NCBI GenBank assembly: GCA_029259545.1
Contig: JAPHEE010000001.1
Location: 40,474 to 104,473 of the forward strand
DNA length: 64,000 nt
Reading direction: 5' to 3'
DNA from: Candidatus Alkanophaga volatiphilum
GTDB taxonomy: Archaea; Halobacteriota; Syntropharchaeia; Alkanophagales; B39-G2
Both the position numbers and the translations under genes were made by a program. Under the pieces are notes generated by a model, which was given only the letters and a program-made list of their open reading frames with translations, ran no database searches and was not told the DNA's origin. This document shows positions 57,393-64,000 of the stretch, piece after piece (positions within the stretch are counted from its first letter, which is position 1; every line of letters begins with the position of its first letter).

Positions 57393-57418
57393 TTAGGGCA
57401 ACCTTTTTTTGTACCTAA
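57393..57418. promoter_or_regulatory. candidate DtxR-type operator upstream of feoA
   Basis: Imperfect inverted repeat TTAGGGCAACC-TTTTTTT-GTACCTAA, ending 16 nt before the feoA ATG. Confidence 0.3.
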
Positions 57419-57434
57419 GTATCCTCTTCAGCTC

Positions 57435-57707
57435 ATGGAGCGGCGGCTGAGCGAGCTGCGTCCCGGCGAGCGGGGCGTCGTCGTCAGGGTTGTCGGCGAG
57501 CGGAGGCTGCGCAGGCGCATCCTCGACATGGGGATCGTCTCCGGTACCGAGGTCGAGGTCGTGCGGGTTGCGCCCCTCGGCGACCCCGTGGAGTTCAGGC
57601 TTAAGGGCTACGAGCTCTCGCTGCGGAGAGACGAAGCCGAAAACGTGATCGTGCGCATCCATGCCGGCGAAGGCTTCGGCGGTGGTGGGAGTGAAGGTGG
57701 AAGTTGA
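57435..57707 (+). CDS. feoA: ferrous iron transport protein A
   Basis: LSELRPGERGVVVRVVG...RRILDMGIVSGTEVEVVRVAPLGDPVEFRLKGYELSLRRDEA is a FeoA SH3-like domain. Confidence 0.8.
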   Translation: MERRLSELRPGERGVVVRVVGERRLRRRILDMGIVSGTEVEVVRVAPLGDPVEFRLKGYELSLRRDEAENVIVRIHAGEGFGGGGSEGGS

Positions 57708-57737
57708 GGTGTGGGGTGAGAAAGGAGGGGAAGGCTC

Positions 57738-58409
57738 GTGATAAGGGTGGCGTTGATCGGGAATCCGAACGTGGGCAAGACCGTGATTTTCAACCACCTG
57801 ACCGGCGCTCGCCAGTACGTTGGGAACTGGCCGGGCGTGACGGTCGAGAAGAAGGTGGGACGCTGTACTCATCGTGGCGTTGAGATGGAGGTCGTGGACC
57901 TCCCCGGCGTCTACAGCCTGACCGCCCGCTCGCCCGACGAGCTGATCGCCCGTGATTACATCGTTGAGGAGAAGCCGGACGTCGTCGTTGACATCGTGGA
58001 CGCCTCGAACCTCGAAAGGAACTTGTATCTGACGCTGTTGCTGCTCGAACTCGAAGCGAACGTCGTCGTTGCGTTGAACATGATGGACGTCGCCGCCTCC
58101 GAGGGCTACGAGGTCGATGCCGGCATGCTCTCGAAGCTTCTGGGCGTGCCGGTCGTGCCGTGCGTCGCAACCCGTGGCGAGGGCATCGAGGCGCTCAAGG
58201 ACGCCATAGTCGATGCGGCGACGCGTAAGGAGCGGCGTCGTGTCGCGTTCGGCTTCGGCGACGAGATCGAAGATGCGATAAAGCGGGTCGAGGCGGTGCT
58301 TTCCAGAAGCGGGAGCGAGGAGCTTTCCAGATACCCGCTGAGATGGCTTGCGATCAAGCTCCTTGAGGGCGATGAGCGTGTCGAGGCGCTCGTTTCCAAG
58401 TTCGTTTAG
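57738..58409 (+). CDS. feoB: FeoB N-terminal GTPase + helical domain (separate ORF)
   Basis: ALIGNPNVGKT G1 motif, DLPG G3 motif and NMMD G4 motif. Confidence 0.8.
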   Translation: MIRVALIGNPNVGKTVIFNHLTGARQYVGNWPGVTVEKKVGRCTHRGVEMEVVDLPGVYSLTARSPDELIARDYIVEEKPDVVVDIVDASNLERNLYLTLLLLELEANVVVALNMMDVAASEGYEVDAGMLSKLLGVPVVPCVATRGEGIEALKDAIVDAATRKERRRVAFGFGDEIEDAIKRVEAVLSRSGSEELSRYPLRWLAIKLLEGDERVEALVSKFV

Positions 58410-58420
58410 GAGGTGTTCCC

Positions 58421-59731
58421 GTGGAGGAGATTAGGAGGATAAGGGAGGAGCTTTCGAAGAAGCTTGGCGAGGATTTGGAGGTTTTGCTGCCTGCGAGGCG
58501 GTACGAGACTGCGGGGGAGATTTCGAGGAGGTGCCTCCGCAGGAGGGAGGAGCGGCTCACGCTCACCGACATGCTCGATCACGTGTTTCTGCACCGGGCG
58601 CTCGGCATTCCGATCTTCTTGGCGCTCATGTATGCGGTCTTCCAGTTTGCGTACTCCGTCTCCGAGCCTTTCATGGTGATGCTGGAGGCTGCCTTCGGCT
58701 GGCTCGGCTCGCTCGCCGGCGAGGCTGAGACGCCGCTCGCCTCCCTCTGGGCTGACGGGATCTGCGGCGGGCTCGGCTTCGTCCTCGTCTTCATCTTCCC
58801 GATCTTCTTCCTGTTCTTCGCGCTCGCAATCCTCGAAGATTCGGGATACCTGCCGAGGGCGGCGTTCGTCATGGACCGCCTCATGTACCGGCTCGGCCTC
58901 CACGGGCGCTCGTTCATCCCGCTGCTCCTCGGCTTCGGCTGCAACCTGCCGGCGATCATGGCGACCCGCGTCATCGACGACGAGCGCGACCGGCTCATCA
59001 CGATCCTCGTGAACCCGCTGATGTCGTGCAGCGCCCGCCTTCCGGTCTACGTGCTGCTCGCAGGCGCGTTCTTCGGCGCCTACGCCGGCGCCGCCATCTT
59101 CTCCATGTACGTGCTGGGCATCGCCCTCGCCATCCTCATGGCGCTGCTCTTCAGGAAGACCATACCGCAGCTCAGGGGGAAGCCGGCGCCCTTCATCCTC
59201 GAACTCCCGCCGTACCTAAGACCGACGCTCCGCAGCGTCCTCCTCAAAACGTGGCAGCGTGGCGTCGTCTTCCTGAAGAAGGCGGCGACCATCCTGTTTG
59301 CGGGCGCGCTCGCCCTCTGGGCGCTGTCGTCGTTCCCGTGGGGTGCGCCGCTCGAAGCGACGTATGCGGGCATGCTCGGGCACGCGCTTGAGCCGCTGCT
59401 CAGACCACTCGGTTTCGACTGGATGGCGGCGGTAGCCCTTTTCTTCGGCTTCTTGGCTAAGGAAATCGTGGTCGAGACCTTCGGCATTTTATACGGCGTC
59501 GCCGGCGAAGAAGAGATTCAAGCGGCGGTCGCCGCCCACATGACGCCCGTCACCGCGTTTGCGTTCATGGCGTTCACGTTGATCTATCTGCCGTGCCTCG
59601 CAACCTTCGGCATCATCAGGGCTGAGACCGGCTCTTGGAAGTGGACGCTCTTCGCCGTCGCATACGAGCTGGCTCTGGCTTACGCCGTCGCCGCGACCAT
59701 AGTCGCCTTCGGCTCCATAGTCTGGGGGTGA
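58421..59731 (+). CDS. feoB: FeoB membrane (permease) domain (separate ORF)
   Basis: Gate-motif-containing polytopic region. A GTG start is preceded by TAGGAGGTG. The frame is also open upstream, so this is either a frameshift or a true split. Confidence 0.75.
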   Translation: MEEIRRIREELSKKLGEDLEVLLPARRYETAGEISRRCLRRREERLTLTDMLDHVFLHRALGIPIFLALMYAVFQFAYSVSEPFMVMLEAAFGWLGSLAGEAETPLASLWADGICGGLGFVLVFIFPIFFLFFALAILEDSGYLPRAAFVMDRLMYRLGLHGRSFIPLLLGFGCNLPAIMATRVIDDERDRLITILVNPLMSCSARLPVYVLLAGAFFGAYAGAAIFSMYVLGIALAILMALLFRKTIPQLRGKPAPFILELPPYLRPTLRSVLLKTWQRGVVFLKKAATILFAGALALWALSSFPWGAPLEATYAGMLGHALEPLLRPLGFDWMAAVALFFGFLAKEIVVETFGILYGVAGEEEIQAAVAAHMTPVTAFAFMAFTLIYLPCLATFGIIRAETGSWKWTLFAVAYELALAYAVAATIVAFGSIVWG

Positions 59732-60186
59732 AGACGTTGCAGGAGAGGAGGGAGGAATCCAAACTTGAACTTGAACTCAAAGGCTTCGCCGTGGGCTCCG
59801 CCGTCCTCGGGGCGGCGTACGCAGCGCTCGGCGTGCTCGAAGTGGTGAGCGTTGCGGGCGGCTTCAGCTTCGAGCCCGTGCCGGCGGACGCCGCCGGCGG
59901 TCTCTGCCTGCTCGTCGTCGCCGCAACCTTCCTTCTGGGCGCAAAGGAGCTGCTTGAAGGACGGACGCTCGGCATTTCGTTCGTCGTCGTCGGCGTTGCG
60001 CTCGCCGCCGTCTTCGGTCTGCTCTACGTCCTTATCGCCGTCGCGCACGCCCTCATGTTCGTGCTTGGCGAGGCGGAGGAACTCTCGCTGCTCGCCGAGC
60101 TCAGACCTGAGATCTGGCTGGCGCTGGCTGCAGCCGCAATGGCTCCGTACCTGCGGCGAGCGCTGAAGGAGCTGCGGGCGATTTAG
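59728..60186 (+). CDS. hypothetical small membrane protein
   Basis: GTG 59728 overlaps the feoB stop. The 152-aa product has about four hydrophobic helices. Confidence 0.45.
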   Translation: MKTLQERREESKLELELKGFAVGSAVLGAAYAALGVLEVVSVAGGFSFEPVPADAAGGLCLLVVAATFLLGAKELLEGRTLGISFVVVGVALAAVFGLLYVLIAVAHALMFVLGEAEELSLLAELRPEIWLALAAAAMAPYLRRALKELRAI

Positions 60187-60263
60187 GGCGGTAAGAGCGG
60201 GGATTCGGACGCCGCCGCAACCCTTAAGCCGGATGGGAAGCAACCTGAATACGGTGCACAGGG

Positions 60264-60737
60264 ATGGAGAAAGCTGCGACCGAGCGGGCTGAGGACTACC
60301 TTGAGGTGATCTACGACCTGATCAGCAAGAAGGGGTATGCGAGGATCGTCGAGATAGCGGAGCGGTTGAACGTCCGCCCGCCGACAGTGACTGAGATGAT
60401 AAAGAAGCTGAGCGAAAAGGGATTGCTCGTTCACGAGAAGTACCGCGGCTTCACGCTCACCGAAGAGGGCGAAAGAATTGCAAAAGCCGTACAGAGGCGA
60501 CATGAGACGATTGCAAATTTTCTGATGATCCTTGGAGTGGACAAAGAGATTGCAGAACAGGATGCGTGTAAAATGGAGCATGACCTCCATCCGATGACGC
60601 TGGAGAGGTTCACGAAGTTCGTGGAATTCGTTCAGAACGCCCCACAGGACCCTGAATGGCTTGAACACTTTGAACACTACGTCAAAACTGGCGAGCACAA
60701 GTGTAAGGTTAGTGACCTCCTCTCCTCACTGAAGTGA
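60264..60737 (+). CDS. DtxR/MntR-family iron-dependent repressor
   Basis: AEDYLEVIYDL...IVEIAERLNVRPPTVTEMIKKL, plus the metal-site helix HETIANFL...CKMEH. Confidence 0.8.
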   Translation: MEKAATERAEDYLEVIYDLISKKGYARIVEIAERLNVRPPTVTEMIKKLSEKGLLVHEKYRGFTLTEEGERIAKAVQRRHETIANFLMILGVDKEIAEQDACKMEHDLHPMTLERFTKFVEFVQNAPQDPEWLEHFEHYVKTGEHKCKVSDLLSSLK

Positions 60738-61052
60738 GAGGCATCCTGAGGCTCGGTTTCCAGTTCATCCCCGCCCGCCGGCTCGGGGCGGAGCACGCGT
60801 CGAGCCTCGGCTCCGCCCGACCCTAGGCCGCACGCGGGCAGTAAACGATGATTATAAATACATTCCCGCCCGCCTCCCTGCCCTCCTTGAAAAAGTGGGA
60901 ATTAGCAGCAACAATATTCTAAACACGGAGCAGTGATGACATATAGTAGGAAATGAACCAGGCGCTCCTACCGCCCATACCGCGCCTTTTTCATGGACTA
61001 CGTTAAATGCATTTAAACACTGAAGATGAATCAACGCTACAAGGCGACGAGC

Positions 61053-62714
61053 ATGAAGCTGAACATCAGAACGCCGGGACGTCCAGTGTTGGTGACGTGT
61101 GGGCTACCCTACGTGAACGGAGAGTGCCACATCGGGCACCTTCGCACTTACGTGCCAGCGGACGTCTACGTGCGGATGCTCAGGAAGCTGGGACATGATG
61201 TCGTTTTCATTTGCGGCTCGGACACTCACGGCACGCCTATAGTGCTGAGCGCGGAAGCTCGTGGTACCTCCCCAAAAGCGTTGGTTGAGGAATACCACAA
61301 ACACTTTAAGGAGATATTCAAGCAGCTTAACATAAGTTTCGACCACTACGGCAGCACTGACGACGAAACTAACCACAAAAGGACGCAGGAGATAGTTAAA
61401 GCCTTGATAGAAAGCGGCTATGTTTACCCAAAGAGAATAAAGTTAGCATTCTGCCCCCGCTGCGATAGGTTCCTCCCTGACAGGTACGTTGAGGGCATTT
61501 GCCCGTACTGCGGCGCCGCCGCCCGCGGCGACGAGTGTGACCAAGGATGCGGACGCCATTTAGAGCCAGGAGAGATAAGGGAGCCTGTTTGCAAGGTCTG
61601 CGGCTCGAGGGCTGAGTTCAGAGAGCAGGAGCACTTCTTCTTTAAGCTTTCGGCGTTTAAGGATTTTCTTCTTGACTTTTTGGAAAAGCTTGACGGTACA
61701 GAAAACGCTCGGAACTACGCAAGTGAGTGGGTCAAGCGGGAGCTTAGGGACTGGTGCATCACTCGAAATTTGGACTGGGGCGTGAGGTTTCCGGGGCGTG
61801 ACGACCTCGTCGTCTACGTTTGGGTTGATGCTCCGATCGGCTATATCTCGTTCACAGAGGAGCTTGCGGCGATGCGGGGCTTCGACTGGCGCACATTTTG
61901 GAAGGACGGCGGTGTCATCATTCATTTCATCGGCGCCGACATCATATACCATCACTGCATTTTCTGGCCGGCGATGCTGAAAGGCGCCAGATATTCAACG
62001 CCGGACGCCGTCGTCGCCTCGGGCATGGTCACAATAAACAGCAAGCCGCTGTCAAAGACCAGAGGCAATGTCGTATGGACAAAGGACTTCCTTGAGAAAT
62101 TCGATGCGGACACGCTCCGCTATTATCTCGTGGCGTACACCTCACATACTAAAGAGTTAGACTTCTCATGGCGCGCTTTCCAAGAACGCGTGAATAATGA
62201 GCTCGTGGCAATCCTCGGGAATTTGATACACAGGGTCATTTCGTTCGCTTACAGGAACTTCGGGGCGGTCCCAGACGGCGAAATTTCGGAAGACGTCTTC
62301 ACAGCTATAAAAAATACAAAAGAGGTGATTTTAGAAGCCTTGGAAGAGTACGAGTTCAAAAAGCTAGTGGACTCGGCTATGAGCCTCGCAGGTCTCGGAA
62401 ACACGATTTTCCAGCGGAGCGAGCCGTGGCACTTGATAAAGGGCGGCGATGAGGATGTGCGGAAGGGTAAGAGTGTCGTGAGAAGTGTCCTTCAAATCAT
62501 AAAGGCAACCGCTATCTTCCTAGAGCCAGTGATGCCGAGCAAAATGGAGAAAGTCTGGGAATTCCTCGGCATGGAAGGCGACGTGCATGCTGCGCCGCTC
62601 GACGAGGCGCTCGTCGAAATAAAGGCGGGGCAGAAGCTTAAAAAGCCCGAAATCCTCTTCCCAAAAGTCGGCGACGACGTCGTGGTGGAGCTTGAAAGCA
62701 AGCTTCCAAAATGA
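61053..62714 (+). CDS. metG: methionyl-tRNA synthetase
   Basis: CHIGHL (HIGH) motif, Zn knuckles CPRC...CPYC...CKVC, and a KPLSKTRG (KMSKS-like) loop. An alternative ATG lies at 61026. Confidence 0.9.
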   Translation: MKLNIRTPGRPVLVTCGLPYVNGECHIGHLRTYVPADVYVRMLRKLGHDVVFICGSDTHGTPIVLSAEARGTSPKALVEEYHKHFKEIFKQLNISFDHYGSTDDETNHKRTQEIVKALIESGYVYPKRIKLAFCPRCDRFLPDRYVEGICPYCGAAARGDECDQGCGRHLEPGEIREPVCKVCGSRAEFREQEHFFFKLSAFKDFLLDFLEKLDGTENARNYASEWVKRELRDWCITRNLDWGVRFPGRDDLVVYVWVDAPIGYISFTEELAAMRGFDWRTFWKDGGVIIHFIGADIIYHHCIFWPAMLKGARYSTPDAVVASGMVTINSKPLSKTRGNVVWTKDFLEKFDADTLRYYLVAYTSHTKELDFSWRAFQERVNNELVAILGNLIHRVISFAYRNFGAVPDGEISEDVFTAIKNTKEVILEALEEYEFKKLVDSAMSLAGLGNTIFQRSEPWHLIKGGDEDVRKGKSVVRSVLQIIKATAIFLEPVMPSKMEKVWEFLGMEGDVHAAPLDEALVEIKAGQKLKKPEILFPKVGDDVVVELESKLPK

Positions 62715-62934
62715 AAAACCAAACGCATTCAGCTGACAAAAGCCTGATTCGCAGCAGCACTTCTTCTGACAGGACTAAAACCATAATTCTCCAAACGTCG
62801 GGGACCCCAAATTTCCAGCTCGATCCTAAGTTGCAGGAAACGCACACCATCTTTCAGCTGGATTCATGCTGAGATTCGAGAAATCGGGGAAATGTGCAGT
62901 AAAAGTTGAGCTACCGATACCGCCCGCTTTGTCG

Positions 62935-63041
62935 ATCCGAGTTCTTTATATGCGAAAGCGAGAATTTCCGACACGAGACCGCAACCATTATATGCGACGC
63001 CCTTACAACCCGGAACTAGGCGCGGTAAAAGCGACGTACCT
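62935..63041 (+). promoter_or_regulatory. second CRISPR leader (homologous to 25930-26045)
   Basis: GAGTTCTTTATATGCG...CCGACACGAG...CATTATATGCGACGCCC...TAAAAGCGACGTACCT is colinear with the minus-strand leader of the main array. Confidence 0.55.
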
Positions 63042-63071
63042 GTAGAAATCAGACCCAGGTGGGATTGAAAT
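63042..63071 (+). CRISPR. solitary degenerate CRISPR repeat
   Basis: GTAGAAATCAGACCCAGGTGGGATTGAAAT differs at 3 of 30 positions from the reverse complement of the array repeat. No second repeat follows. Confidence 0.7.
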
Positions 63072-63127
63072 TGAGCGTCACGAACATGGCTTTTGAAGTC
63101 GCCTCCCAAACTGATTTTTAAGATGTA

Positions 63128-63556
63128 TCAGACGTCAAGGACGACCCTTGCCCGCCAGCGTCCGTCCTCCTCCTTAATCTCCATCATGTGGTACGTTACC
63201 GCTTTTATTATGATTCCAACCTCGTGCTTTTCCGGGTCGAAGAACACACCTTTACACTTCCCGCCGAGTGAAAATTTCTCCGCGTCCACCTTTATATCAA
63301 ACCTCGTGAACATCAGCATCTCCGATTCGAAGAAGAAAAGAATCTCGTCGAGCCAGTCAAACATAAGACTGTATAAATCTTCAGATTGGATATTCACAGC
63401 TCGCTCTTCAGTCGCAGGCTCCTTCATCAGCTCATCAATGTCGGTCATGAAGCTGTAGGTTGCAAGCGCGGAGTTCGCAAAAAGCTCCTCAAGGCTGTCC
63501 CCGTAAGCTTCGAAAGCGACATCCGAAGTGTGCTCCACATGCTTATATCTCATCAT
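63128..63556 (-). CDS. archease
   Basis: MRYKHVEHTSDVAFEAYGDSLEELF... and C-terminal IKAVTYHMMEI, typical of archease. Confidence 0.85.
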   Translation of the reverse strand: MMRYKHVEHTSDVAFEAYGDSLEELFANSALATYSFMTDIDELMKEPATEERAVNIQSEDLYSLMFDWLDEILFFFESEMLMFTRFDIKVDAEKFSLGGKCKGVFFDPEKHEVGIIIKAVTYHMMEIKEEDGRWRARVVLDV

Positions 63557-63854
63557 ATAGTGTTAAGCTCAAGAAGGTAAAAAATAGAAGGGTTTGTTTC
63601 ACGAAGCTCGATGAAGACACCCCTTGCGACCGTTCTGGTTCTCCCCTACTTTCGTAACTTTCATTAGTTCGTAGCGTTGCGGAGAACCTTCCCCCTTTGG
63701 GGCTTTCGGGGGAGGGGAACGGGGCTCCCCACATCTCCGAGTCTCCTCCCGGCTCCGCCCCTTCGGGCTGCCCTCCACCCCCACATCCGAGCGGAGCCCA
63801 TCTGACGCTTGAAACCTCCGCTTATAAAAGTTGCATCACAGAAGTTACCTTGCG

Positions 63855-64000
63855 TTACGAATGCAACATTATACGTTGCTGCCCCTGCTTGATCCATCTA
63901 ATCACCGTGCCTTGTACACTCCGAGCAGCTCCGCCGCTTCCCCGTCCTGTATAACTTCGACGCTGTATGTTGCTGCCCCAGCGCACGAACACCATTTTCA
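63855..64000 (-). pseudogene. partial excisionase-type HTH gene remnant at the window edge
   Basis: The minus strand gives EAAELLGVYK in one frame and GTVIRWIKQGQQ in the -1 frame. Together these resemble the AAELLGVS..TVYRWIK HTH_17 motif. The gene continues beyond the window. Confidence 0.3.

Noticed and set aside
63830-63982. Possible start of another CRISPR array (palindromic-ended 38-mer GTTGCA...TGCAAC, and GTTGCTGCCCC occurring twice 95 nt apart)
   Set aside because: The 38-mer occurs once. The 11-mer pair is short, has a non-CRISPR spacing, and falls within an HTH-like coding remnant.

Overview
This window is archaeal chromosomal DNA. It is visibly GC-rich, and genes are led by strong GGAGGTG-type Shine-Dalgarno (SD) sites. 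It looks euryarchaeal, with methanogen- or Archaeoglobi-like C1 and redox genes, but I cannot assign a species.

The housekeeping backbone is intact. It includes hypA, tRNA-Arg(CCG), ABCE1, Fae-Hps, lysA, moeA, three radical-SAM genes, an AcnX/DUF521 gene, truD and dapF. It also carries the COG1900+NIL-ferredoxin homocysteine pair, dph5, cbiA, etfAB plus an HdrD-like gene, hdrCB, hdrA and a Zn/Mn ABC transporter. A divergent thermosome, SRP RNA, endA, feoAB with two DtxR-type repressors, metG and archease complete it.

Accessory content sits between these genes:
- A 31-repeat CRISPR array with no cas genes in the window, plus a second homologous leader carrying a single degenerate repeat 37 kb away.
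- A 2-repeat CRISPR-like mini-array with a different repeat.
- At least eight copies of a ~150-250 nt structured, MITE-like interspersed repeat. It has imperfect terminal inverted repeats, hairpins with compensatory changes and an internal TATA-like box. One copy interrupts a gene.
- A tightly packed operon of extremely Trp-rich and G/R-rich mini-proteins sharing a DUF5320-like coiled-coil tail, embedded among NifX-like and MinD-ferredoxin ATPase genes.
- A visibly AT-rich three-ORF islet inside the iron-uptake locus.
- Many frameshifted accessory genes, while the core genes are intact.

All calls come from reading the sequence and ORF translations by eye. No database search was run.
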